NCBI RefSeq assembly: GCF_001194135.2
Contig: NC_068983.1
Span: 87,065,273-87,129,272, forward strand
Reading direction: 5' to 3'
Length of the DNA stretch: 64,000 bases
Origin: Octopus bimaculoides
Lineage: Eukaryota
Translations under genes and position numbers: made by a program
The notes under the pieces: generated by a model
What the model was told of the DNA's origin: nothing
What the model saw: the letters and a program-made list of their open reading frames with translations, nothing else
Database searches by the model: none
Shown here: piece after piece, positions 13,560 to 25,646 of the stretch
Position numbering within the stretch: position 1 is the first letter of the stretch
How the letters are laid out: the number at the start of each line of letters is the position of its first letter

Positions 13560-15270
13560 CATACATATTACTTCGATATCATTATGGGTTTGTCAGATTC
13601 AACCCAGCTGACAGACCTTGTGGGTCTGTATCTTTCAAATCAAGAAAAGCTTTCCAAACTTTTCTGGTGGGCTCTATAGGGACGATGCACTCTTGGCAGT
13701 AAATAGTTTATCTAAACTGGAGACTGAGCAAACTAAGAAGTCATTAAGAAAATTTGTCTTGAATTTCTTTAATCTCAATATTGTATTTGAAACTGACATA
13801 AAAATCACCAACTTTTTAGACATCACACTTAATTTAAGCACTAAGTTATATTGCCCATGCAGCAAACAAAACCAGACATTAGAATATATAAATGTCTCTT
13901 CTAATCATCCGAAATTAACCATTGATAGTATTAGAATATCCAACTTATCAGCAAATGAGGAGATTTTTAAAGCACACGCACCAATTTATAATCAAACCCT
14001 AAAATTAAGCATGTTTCATGACAATATTTTCTACATCCCTGACACCAAACTCAAAACCAGATTATCTAATTTAACACTTCACAGTAATTCTGATACGACC
14101 AAAATGATCCCCTCCTTGAATTATAAACCTATAAGAAAACCTGTTGGTAACCATATTAAATTTTATAATTGCAATGCCAATAACTGTAACAAATATAGTC
14201 CCTCTATATCTGAACACTCTGATGGTTGAACACACTCTAAATCTAGGAAAGAACAAATTATTTGGTTTGCCCCACCATTTTCTCTCAGAGTCAAAAATCT
14301 ACCAAAACAGTTCTTCAAAATTCTTAAACTAAATTTCCCCAAGCACCATAAATACTACCCTAATTCAATAAGCATTCTATAAAATTATCTTACTAGACTA
14401 CACCTAATTTGGGTTCAATCATTGCATCTACAAACAGAAATATAATTCAACTCCAAACAGCTAAAAGTGTAGATCATTATAGGACACCCCATACAAGTCC
14501 AAATAATATTAATAAAACAAAAATTATAGATAGGAATGCAAAAGCATGTAATTGTAGGGCCCCTGAATTATGTCCGCTTGTGGATTTATGTCTATGCAAA
14601 AAGGTAATCTATAAATGTAGTGACAAACGATAAACATCAAGCTAGGGTAAACATAGGAATCACTAAAGACTTCAAAAAACGATATAGAATACATGTAAAT
14701 TCCTTTAATAAGTCAAAGCATAGAAATTCTATGGTGTTAGCCAGGTACATACACAATTTAAAATTATAGAACATAAATTATACATTGTCTTGGTCAATCA
14801 TAGATGAGGCCCCATCATACAAATACGATTACTGGCAGATGTCGATTGTGTATAAAAGAATCATACATTATCCTTCACATGTTTAATTCCACTGTTTTAT
14901 TCATTCCTGCATCTATAGATACTATTCAACTTTCATGAGATGATTCAAATTTGAACCCACTTAGCAATATTTTCTATTGCACAACAATATATTGCCAATA
15001 CAAATATAAATTTTAAGAAAGTCAGTAAACGATCTAATTTTTTTCCTATCAGCCCTCAAAAATTTCCATAATTTACATAGCTTTGTCTACTCTTCTATAA
15101 AGCATCAAATCATCTTATACCTAGTAAGGGACAAAATCCAAATCTAGTGTAAAACTATTTTTCCCTGATGATGGCGGCATTCTATGGAAATGAATCTTAA
15201 GATTCATATGTAATCTGCATGAATGTACTCCTGAAACAATCATTGGAACATCTTATTTTCCTCTAACATG
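13560..15270 (+). mobile_element. 5'-truncated, degenerate Penelope-like retroelement (Naiad-like; RT plus GIY-YIG endonuclease)
   Basis: FDIIMG...DLVGLYL, GLYRDD, NFLDITLNL, SNHP, IIWFAPPFS, CNCR..LCPL..CL.KKVIY, IGIT-KDFKKRY..H..SF, WSII..APSY, CRLC. Many frameshifts and stop codons. Confidence 0.88.
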
Positions 15271-16692
15271 TTACCCAAAACTCTTTTAATGCCTATTACT
15301 GTATGTATGTGTGCGTGTGTATGCATTTATGCATGTATGTATGTGTTTATGTATGAATGTATGTATGTATGCATGTTTGTTTACATACAGATAGTGAGCA
15401 AAATGAGACAGCAGAATAATTTCTCTCATAGTAATGAAAGATGAACCATACAAAAGATTTTTATTTTACTGAGCTGAACACTAAATATGTTATGTGTGAA
15501 GAAATACATATCATAATCATCATCCTTCAACATCCAGTTTCCATGTTAGCATGTGTTGGACTATATATATATAAATAAATATAAAATGTGTGTGTGTGTA
15601 CATATATTGTTTTAACATCCATTTTGCCATGGTCACAAAGCCTCACGTGATCCCCATGTAAGGTAATATTTTTCTAAGACAAGACATGTTTTCATTGACT
15701 TGGAATGAAGGACACCACTTGCATGGCAATAACATTCATTTACAACTATCAAGCAAAGAGACAGTAAAATACACAACACCAGAGCATGCATCCATACATA
15801 TTATGGGCTCTGAAATCCACTTTGGTCAGACTAGATTTATAGAAGACAAAGTGTCATGCACTGGAACTGAACCTGAAACCATGCAGTTGGGAAGCAAAAG
15901 TCTCACTACATAGCCATGTCTGTGTCAATATTTATATATAAAATAAACAAAAATTCAATCTAAGTAATAACAAACAAGCCTCAAAAGTGTGTAAAAATGC
16001 CATCAGAAAATGAATTCAAAAACCTCAATTATAATAAAACATCAGAACATAAAAAGTATAAAAACATAAAATTTAGCAATAAATGACAACATGTGTCATA
16101 ATAAAAAAGCAAACTCAGAAAATTAAATAAGTGTAAGTTGGTCAAATAAAAAAAAATTGTTTACATAATTATAATAGGTATAATGAATTTTTAATTCGGT
16201 AATGACAGAATTGTCATTATCATAGATGTAATGGTACAGTAGTTACTGTTACAATGTAGAATTATAGCCACTAGTGGTATAATGACTTTTTATTCAGTAA
16301 TAACATAGTTACCATTACAATAAGTGAATGAATTTTTACCTATTAATAAAGCCTTAATGAATTTAAAAATTGATGCTTATGACTGTTATCAAATATTTCA
16401 TCAGCCAAAATGAAAGAGTTCCATATCTCTATGATACAGTTAGAAACGAGAACAAGAGTTGGTATATAAGAATGGACATATTAATCTTTGTATCTGTGAA
16501 TATGCTGTAGGTGCAGACATAGTTAAGTTGGTGCATAAATGCTCAATTATTTATAATGTATCCTGTTTCCTGATTGAAATCTAAGCGTTATTTATAAGCA
16601 AGACTGTGGAATAGGAAAACAATTATTGGATTACTGGAGTTGGAGTCAGTGAAAATGTACCAACTCTAATTAAATGTAAATTGTTTTTTAAA

Positions 16693-16908
16693 CTCTTTAG
16701 CATTAAAACCAGCCAAATCTAACCCAAATATTCTACCTATTTTATGCTCAGACTGAACAAATCCAGCCTCTTATACCTATCCTACAATGTGATTCTAAAA
16801 CTAAACACATCATTGAAATCTTGAAACTACAATATAATGCATGGTCAGTTCAAAACAATATGAATATATAAGCATTACATCTAACAGAGTAATCTGAATG
16901 CTAAAGGG
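16693..16908. mobile_element. piggyBac-like MITE
   Basis: TIRs ctctttagcatt / aatgctaaaggg; right flank TTAA, left flank taaa. Confidence 0.65.
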
Positions 16909-18528
16909 TTAAAGAGTAATTTCCAGTTTCAGATACTAATTTGCTTTTTTTCTTTTGCATTGAAAATAATTGGATCAAGATACCATATTTCTGTTGAAAT
17001 ACACTACCTTTGCTTTAGTTAATTTTGAAAAGAGAAAGAATTTATTAAAATAACTTTGTCATTTGGTGTTTGGAACAAATTTTGATGGAAGGTTTTAAAG
17101 TAGATCACCTTAAAACAAGAAGTTTGTATTATAGAATCTGGTGTGGTCTCAGATGGGTTGGGATCAAAAGGGCTTCTATAAAAAGGCATCCTCTAGAAGC
17201 AATACTGTTTTTTGATCTGGATTTTAAAAAATATAACTCTTATTCTTAAGATACAATGTTTCTTTATAAATTTTGCAGGGATAAACTTTTCAATCATTTA
17301 CAATGTAATTTTTATTTCATTTCATGTCACAAATTTTATAATCAAACAATGTTTTAATCTCAAAAAGTAAGGTTTATGTACTTTATTTTTTATAGTTTAT
17401 TATTCTTACATCCTTTAGATAAAAGTTAATTGAAAATTCTTTTTAAAGTTTTGTCTAATGCTTCATTATTTGTAACTTCCTTAATAAAAAAAATATATAA
17501 AAAGCCAAAATGGCAAAGTTAGTCTTTAAACTCAAATTTTAACAGATTAGGATTTTTAAATTAATGCAATGATTCACAATAACCATGGATGTTGTGCTTC
17601 TAGTCAATGTAGAAATATATAATTAGTCAAGTTACAAATTACAAATAGGAATTGGAATCGAAGGGTTTTGTGTACCAACTCCACAGCCCTATAAGGAAGT
17701 GAGATGTTTGAAACCAAAAAAGTGTTTATTGAAATATTTAAACTTTTCTACTAAGTTCTATGTTATGGAGACCAGAAAACTACAAAAAGAAATGAAAAGA
17801 CTGAATATGTAAGTTTCATAGATGTGATAAAAAAACTGAATATTTTTGTTCTTGAAAGTGTTGAAGAAAAGACATATATGACTGTACGCTTTATTAATAG
17901 TTTTAGAAATAAGCTTACTAAATTTAAGATTGCTTTCAATAATAACTCTAAAGTTCCCTTGTAGTTTCATAAGGGTAACAAAGGTAACTGTGGAACAAAC
18001 GTTATGGAAGAGAAATTTAGAACCAAAAAACAATAGCAACATATTTGTCAATGGAGAGCTTGAAAGCAGTTAATAGATCAAAGTTCAAACGAACTTAAGT
18101 CTCCTTTAAAGAAGGCTACAATTGAAATATTTTTCACATTTCATTTATATTTTAATATCATCAGTGTAAATGCTTAAATTTACATTTTTTTTTCACACAT
18201 TTGTCAGCCTTATTTTCATAAATAAAATAAAAATAGTTCAATCACATTGGCTAGAAGTTACGGGCAATCGTTTAGGAAATTACGTTGCTTACATTGAAAG
18301 GTAATTTTGGAAAAAGCCCAACACTTTAGCAGAAACATTAACTGTTGATTGGAGCCTAACAAGACAGTGTGAATGGTATAATCAAATGCTTTTGAGAGAT
18401 TTAGGTAGGTAACATGTGAAAATAGAATGAGGGTTATTGATCTCTGAAACTGCAGTGCTGTAGTTTTCAATCATGTTTACAACAGAAGTATATTCTTTTT
18501 GACTAATTTCAAGCTGGGAAGTGTTTAA

Positions 18529-18804
18529 CCCATTACCTCCCATAATTCTATTAACTGGAATTTTTTATGAAACTTTGATTTCTAGCATAAAACAGCCCTA
18601 GAAACACGCTGGAATGATCAAAATAACATTTCAAATAGAAATAAGCGAGATATTGGGTGAACAATTAGCAAACCTCATTTGAATATAAGAGAAATATACC
18701 TAGTAGATATAGCAAAAAGGTTAGATATGTGTAAATATTGACAGATAATCATGAAATTTGTAATTTTTAAGTGATCTCATATGAGATCACTGGTAGGTAA
18801 TGGG
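18529..18804. mobile_element. piggyBac-like MITE (second family)
   Basis: TTAA|CCCATTACC ... GGTAATGGG|TTAA. Confidence 0.8.
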
Positions 18805-19398
18805 TTAACATTGTTTTGATGCAAAATAACTTTAAATAAATGACAGCAAGCACATATTAGTAATATAAGGTAGTAATTTTTAATATCCAAATGGGAATCA
18901 TGTTCACAAACAAAGGAATGACAATACAATTTTCCAAGTATCTCCCAGAGCCCAGAATTTTTCTAGCTTAAAGCCTTACTAAGTGCAGAACTGAAGAGCT
19001 TAATGAATATAGGTAAAATATCATGTAGACCAGAAACATATTTCACTTTTTAAATTTTTGATAGCATCAAATATATCAGAAACATCGACATTATATGTTA
19101 TTCTGACAAGCAGTATTTTGTGATCAAATACTGTCAGAACACTATTGAAAATAGAAGCAAAGTACTAGATTTTGTAGATGGCGCAGGTGTGGTTTATTTG
19201 AGTTTCTTATTTACATAACATTGAAAAACAAAACTGTCAGAATCTTCAGATTTTAACACAGAGATTTACTTTTTGTTTTCAAAGCTATTTCCTTATCATT
19301 GAACTAAGTTTCATGCTATAAATTTTGCACTTTTGATTGTTAGAAGCAGACAGATTAATCTTAAACTGTTTCCAGAGATTATTTATGCGTAAAATATT

Positions 19399-19610
19399 GG
19401 TTTCAAATTTTGACACAAGGCCAGCAATTTCGGGAGATGGGGTAAACTGATTGCATCAACCATAGTGTTCAACTGATTTTTAATTTATCAACCCTGAAAT
19501 GATGAAAGGCAAAGTCGACCTTGGCAAAATTTGAACTCAGAACACAGACAGATGAAATGCCATTAAGCATTTTACCTGGCATGATAACAGTTCTGCCAGC
19601 TCGTTGCCTT
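19399..19610 (-). mobile_element. tRNA-related SINE (aaggcagcgagctggcaga family)
   Basis: Reverse-complement copy of the family also at 26309-26525 (+), 29660-29880 (-), 38036-38235 (-) and 58436-58655 (+); B-box-like GAGTTCAAAT. Confidence 0.75.
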
Positions 19611-19988
19611 ATTTATGTATAAAATATTGACTTATAATTAACCTTGCTGCTATTTTGAGAAGTTAAACTTTATGTCTTGAAATGTGTCTATCATTTAAGT
19701 GATGTAAGTATATCAAATTTCAAATTGATATAAGAACTGACAACTTTAGATGATAGTCAACTAAGATATTACTGATCTTGTGATTTTCATATTTTTATGA
19801 GACATAGCAGTGTGTCTTATGAAGTCTGTTTCACAGTCATATGTAAGGATATATATATATATATAAAGGTAAAGTTTCCTTCTTGAGCCATACCAACTCA
19901 TAAGGACAAGTTTCCACAACCTAACTATCATGAGTCCAATACCTTAACTACTAAGCCATGTGCTTCCACACACACACACACATACATA

Positions 19989-20824
19989 CAGAGTGCAATA
20001 GGTAAATTGTCACTATTTTATACTTTTAATTATGCGTTTGTTTTTTGATTTTGTTGACTACACAGTATAGTGGGGTCAGTTGGACACCGTCTGTGAAATA
20101 AACAGCACCATGACACAATTCACTCTGCCAAAAATTTGGAAACTACATGCTGTACTGCTTGGCATTGGCGCCGGAAGCTCCAATATGAATATTTCAGAGT
20201 GTTTGGGTGTTAATCTGAGGACATGTACTGAGAGTGATAAAAATCAAACATCCACTCAACATCATGGTGTTTGGAGCAATCACTAGTGATAGCAACATTA
20301 TGCTTCCATTTATCTTCCCACATGGAGGCCTACATCAAGTGCCTGGAAGAGGTAGTTCTGCCCTGAGTAAAGAGGGTGGCTGCTGGAAGACCCTATGTAG
20401 GCAACAGAATTCTGCACCATGCTACACAAGCAGGAGAATGCAGTCATAGCTATCAGATAATTATGACGACCACATCACCCCTAATCCTAACTCCCCAGAC
20501 TGCAACCCCTTTGATTATAATTTGTGGAGCGCAGTTGAGCAAGAGACTAACAAAAATCCTTGTAACACAAAAGATGACCTGAAGGCAAGGATTATGGCAG
20601 CATTCACCAACTTAAACAAGGAGACTGTCTAGAAGAGTTGCAAGAGATTCTGAAGTCGTCTGGAGGCCGTGGTTGAAGTCAATGGCGATTTTATAGAATA
20701 AATTTACTCTTTAGTATTTCAAGATATTTTTAGGTAATTTTGGTAAATATATCTGTTAAAATGAGATGTCAGTGTTATTTTCATTTTTATGTAATTTAGA
20801 CGACAGTTTATTCACTGCACCCCA
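19989..20824 (+). mobile_element. Internally deleted Tc1/mariner element with a maT-like (DDD) transposase remnant
   Basis: TA-flanked imperfect TIRs. Remnant motifs KHPLNIMVFGAITSD, QQNSAPCYT and PNSPDCNPLDY, with Asp as the third catalytic residue. Confidence 0.8.
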
Positions 20825-22695
20825 TATATTATATGTAAGGATCTTGTACTAAATTCTTGAACCAATCCAATGTGAGTGAAATTAGGTTGATGGTAATTGT
20901 GGTGAAGTCTATCAGATCAGCTATATTTGTTCTTCCAGGCTCAATTCAAAATCTAGTTTAATGTCACTACCTTATCCCTTGATGCCTTTAGTGAATTCTA
21001 CTCTATGAGGAGCATTAAGGCCAGGCCTCTTGTGTGAAGTGATGCTTTGATGCACTGAACCTAAAGCAGCAATCCATCAGTTGTGGTTTACTCCTCCAAT
21101 CTCCCTCCTTTACTAGTCTCAGAGATCATGCAAAAATGTAATGGACACTTCCATTCCACCTTTAAGTCAAGAAAAAAGGAAAACACATTCCTCCAAATTT
21201 ACAAAAATTATTTCGGAGGTGAAAAGTGAGGGGAGTTTCGGAAAATTCACACATGTCGACTTTGTTTTCTCATAACTCCCAGAAAAACGTGTATTTTTTT
21301 TTTTTACTGAAAATTTCTATAAATACCTTTAAGATGGTGTAGAATATGATTATACAGGAATTTAATGTGGAAAAAAAGAAGAAAAAATGTAGGCACGCAT
21401 ACATAGATACTGACACAAACCACACACATACACACACACACAACGAAACTAGAAATTTTATTACATCCATCTCGAATTATCACTACCTTATGAAGAATGA
21501 AAAGGGCAAAGAACTGAGTGGTTGTTTTCACTGTGAAAGAATTCCGTGTCCCAAAATTTTAATTTGTTTACATTTTTTAACCCCTCCCCCACATTCGTGC
21601 CCCTTTCTCGATAAATGTTCAGTATTGCATCTGTCTCGTAAAAACAGCAAAATAACGCACAAAACAAAAAGTAACGACAAAAAGCATGTCTAGACATAAA
21701 ATACTGACAATTGTGTTTGTAACCTGAATGCTCGTTTGGTTGGAATTAATGTCATTTCTTTCTTCTATGAAGATGAGTCTTATACAAGATGTGTATATAT
21801 CAGTATTTGTAAATAAGTTCGCAAATAATCAGGACAGAAGCATACATAGGGAATAGTTTGTCGTCAGTTATATCAGAAGAGTTGTGATGGTGATGGTGAG
21901 AATCATATAAGTTTGGATTAGTATGAATCATTTTTGAGACAAACAGACAACCGATAATCTGATAGGCGGGAGTATAGTATTATATATACACACACACACA
22001 CACCATTGTCTCTTTATCTTGTGTCAAGTTTCAAGTATAATTGCGTAATGTATGAACATGTTTTAGCAATTAAAGTCATCACCCGCCTGTCTACACACCA
22101 AGTATATTTCAATGAAGAAATACTGTATTCATATACGTGTATGCAAATATTAATTTAGAGAGATGTTATGTTTATGTTCATACGTAACGACGTTTGTAAA
22201 TCAGGTCCAGTAAATGAGTTAAAATCTGATCGTATAATCTTCGTCGTGATTATTCATCAGTTGATAAAAGGCGGTGGAGGGCACCAACTAAATAGTTGAA
22301 TTAAATAGTTATGATTGTATAGCCTCAAGTCAAACTTAGTCACAAAAACATTGCAGCCGTGACCATCCTATCTCAGACTACATTTTCGAATGTGTCATTT
22401 AAGTGGTTAAGGGAGATTTGGCTGATATTTCTACGAGGGCGAGCGATCACGTAGATGCTCTCTTGCTGGTTCGTAGTGTGACAACTGAAGTATTAAGTTA
22501 CAGAGCACTGTCTATATTTTATATATGTATAGACATTTTTTTTCTCTCAAAGAAATAGGAATGGACCCAAAAGCTGGATAAAATTGATATGTGCGTGTAC
22601 ATATATATATATATACACATACGCAATTTTTGTTTCCAATCGAAACAGAAAATACATGTAGTTTATTTATATTCATTAAAAATAATCTAATTCCT

Positions 22696-22730
<35 letters not shown>

Positions 22731-22953
22731 GTATATAAGAAATGTAACCGACATCAAATTAAGAGAAGAGTATCTTTAAATAAAAAACATCCATTTGAAA
22801 TAAAACAAAATTCGAGAGAGAGAAATAGAATGAAATCTAAGAACCATTATTCCCATAAGTAGAATGGTAATTGATTCCAGGTTCTCCCAAGAACTAACTG
22901 TTTACTAACAAATATCTTTCATTTACAAAGAAAACAACGAAATAAAAATTTAC

Positions 22954-23108
22954 CAGAGATTTAAACGTTCTACAGCAGCTAATGATTTCACATTGGAAGA
23001 TTTCAAAACCATTTCTTCTGTTAAAACTCTCCCACCTATGAGTGGTTTTTCCCGAAGGAAAGTTGTATCAATAGGTGCAATACAACACGGGTACATGCTG
23101 CTTTCCAT
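22954..23108 (-). CDS. CFAP410: CFAP410/C21orf2-like LRR protein, coding exon 1
   Basis: Manual translation gives MESSMYPCCIAPIDTTFLREKPLIGGRVLTEEMVLKSSNVKSLAAVERLNL-W. This resembles the CFAP410 N-terminus as I recall it (MKLTRKMVL...VRKLNCW). There is an in-frame upstream TAG and a phase-2 donor TG|GTAAAT inside the Trp codon. Confidence 0.85.
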
Positions 23109-23536
23109 TGTTTCCCTCACTGTCACAGAAACACTCTGCCAATACTCGAGCTATCACATAAACATTTGCCCCGGTAATCCACTTAATGCAAAAATAGTCT
23201 TTGTAAAATAAACATAATATATAAACTAAACATTAATTATTAATTATTCCTAAAATTTAAAAATATTTTAATAAATCGTGATTATTTAGAAGAAAATAGT
23301 TAGAGTTTAAGAATTGTGAAATATATGAAACATTTATTTACTTATTTAGTATTATTGTTGTTATTCACTGCGGATCTGTAACGGCGGTTAATTTAAACCT
23401 GTTAATATTTATTAAAGAAAATGAATTCACCATTCCGAAATATTTGTACATTATTTCTTCTACATTATAATTATCTTAAAATATATTAAAAAAATACATT
23501 TCTTTTATACTTATAAAAAGTATCATATACACAAAT
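23109..23536. promoter_or_regulatory. Putative bidirectional promoter and 5'UTRs shared by the CFAP410-like gene and ESPL1
   Basis: 428 bp between divergent ATGs. Very AT-rich, with a small CpG cluster (ctgcggatctgtaacggcgg, ~23368-23387). No transcription start sites can be mapped from sequence. Confidence 0.65.
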
Positions 23537-23635
23537 ATGCATATCTTTAAAGATACCAAAATTCATGAAGAAGGGAAGGATATTATACAATCTCTAAAAA
23601 ATCGAAAATGTAAAGAAGTCTATGCGCAACTTAAG
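23537..23635 (+). CDS. ESPL1: Separase exon 1
   Basis: ATG-started MHIFKDTKIHEEGKDIIQSLKNRKCKEVYAQLK; donor AAG|GTACGT; phase 0. The exact start codon is inferred. Confidence 0.7.
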
Positions 23636-24797
23636 GTACGTGATATTTAATTTCAGTATTGTATGACTTGTACGTTAAATCAGTGTAGTAGTGCAATGTA
23701 TTGAAGAAAATACAGCACAAAATCTATAAATAAAGCTTATTGCTATGATGCAACTTTGTCAGTTATTATTTTAAAATGCTGAATTTAAATCTCACGAGAT
23801 CAACTTTACCTTTAATTTATCGGAGATCGATAAAATAATGTACCAGTCTAAATGCTGGGGTTGATATAAATTGACTATACCCTCCCCTAAATTTGAGGTC
23901 TTGTTCCTTTTGTAAGAAATCAATATTTTAAAATGCCTAATAAAACTAGGTTAATATCAGGGGTCTGCAGAATAAAAATTTCTTACAAGATTTGTTTTGA
24001 TTTATATCAAGTTTAACTCAGAAAATTTAATTTGAATAATAATAGCAATAATAATAATAATAATAATGTATTTTACTAACTACAAGTTTCAAATTTTGGC
24101 ACAAGACCATCATTTTAGCGGAATGGATAGCCGATTACTTCAATCCCAATTGCTTGCCTGGTACTTATTTTATCGACTCCGCAATTGTAAAAGGCAGAGC
24201 GCCTCGATCGTACTTGATAAGTATGATCTTGTGGGATGAAAGAATAATAGAAAGTTATTTGAATTTGTGAGAACGAAGCTACTGTAAACAATTACACAGT
24301 CTGGAATAAAGTACAAATCTAATTGAACATACATAAATGTGTTACTATTTTGATTGTAACACATTTTCACTTGCGATAGCATGAAAAATGTATTAGTTTC
24401 ACATGGATGGAAAAAAAACCCTGAATTCAATGTCTGAGGTGAATAATTAGATCTTTTTCCGTTTGAGTTATAATTCGATTAAAAAAATATATATATTTAG
24501 ATTAATTAATTTGATTGTTTACAGTAATTTGGTGATTAAAGTTTGAAAGTTGTTGATAGAATAAATATGGCATTTAGTATTAATAAAATAATATTAAAAA
24601 TAATACCGTTTTTTTGCAATAATCCATTCCATACTTTGGAGAAGATTGATGTGTTTGGGAAAGGTATTTTGTAAAATGGACGCGAGTAACTTCTAAATAT
24701 ATTTTTATTATAATATTGGGACTGCAATTGAGCTAGCCTTAACGAACATTTTATTAAGAGATTTAGGAGATTTAATTCTATATTTGAAATATTTCAG

Positions 24798-25646
24798 GGA
24801 AAGACTTCCTCCCGTCCCCCATCATTTTCTAGCAAATTATTGTTTAAAAAAAATTTTTTTTGCCAAAATCCTACGTTTTCGGGTAATTTTTCAGATTAAT
24901 ACCCGCACGATTACCTAACCCTAACCCTAAAACCATAACATTAACCCTAAACCTGTAACCCTAACACTAACCCTAATCCTAACCCTAACCCTAACACTAA
25001 ACCCTAACCCTAACCCTAAACTCTAAACCCTAAACCCTAAAACCGTAACCCTGACCCTAAAACCGTAACCCTAACACTAACCCTAATCCTAACCCTAACA
25101 CTAACCCTAAACCCTGACCCTAAAACCGTAACCCTAACACTAACCCTAATCCTAACCCTAACACTAACACTAACCCTAAACCCTAACCCTAAACTCTAAA
25201 CCCTAACTCTAAACTCTAAACCCTAACCCTAAAACCCTAATCCTGACCCTAAAACCCTAATCCTAACACACTAGTGGAAATCGTGCGGGTGTTAATCTGA
25301 AAAATTACGCGTTTTTGGATACGAAGATTCCGGAAAAATCGTAATTTTGAAATTTTTTGCCACCCCTATCCCCATTTCTTCATTTTTCACTTTTTTCCAT
25401 AGACCAAACCCTAAAACCATAATTTACGTATTTTTCCGCATATTTTGAAAAAAAAAATTTCTGAAAAAAGTTTAAAATGAATTTAGGTAGTGGGGGTAGG
25501 GGTAATTTGAAAATGCCGATTTTTGCCAATTTTTTTGCAGATTCGTATTCTCCGTAGCCAAAAACAGGGATTTGTGTAGAAAAAAAAAGTTAAATAAGAA
25601 AAAGGGGGTGTCTTTTGGGGGGAGGGATACAAAAGGAAGTCTTGCC
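24798..25646. mobile_element. MITE with GG termini, 8-bp TSD and an internal telomere-like array (Merlin-like hallmarks)
   Basis: TIR GG(A/C)AAGACTTCCT at 24798-24810 and 25634-25646; perfect TSD TATTTCAG at 24790-24797 and 25647-25654. Confidence 0.8.
24913..25267. repeat. Degenerate interstitial (TAACCC)n telomere-like array with a ~63-bp higher-order unit
   Basis: Variants taaccc, taaaccc, taacac, tgaccc, taatcc. The same block recurs at 25049 and 25112. Confidence 0.9.

Noticed and set aside
905-22953. Nested protein-coding gene in the 22-kb intron
   Set aside because: I found no phase-consistent exon chain or non-transposon protein motif. A small exon or ncRNA cannot be excluded without expression data.
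23566-23598. Alternative separase ATG (ATGAAGAAGGGA)
   Set aside because: Out of frame and stops after 10 codons.
24913-25267. True telomere or chromosome-fusion scar
   Set aside because: Single orientation, degenerate, and enclosed by TIRs and a TSD inside a gene intron.
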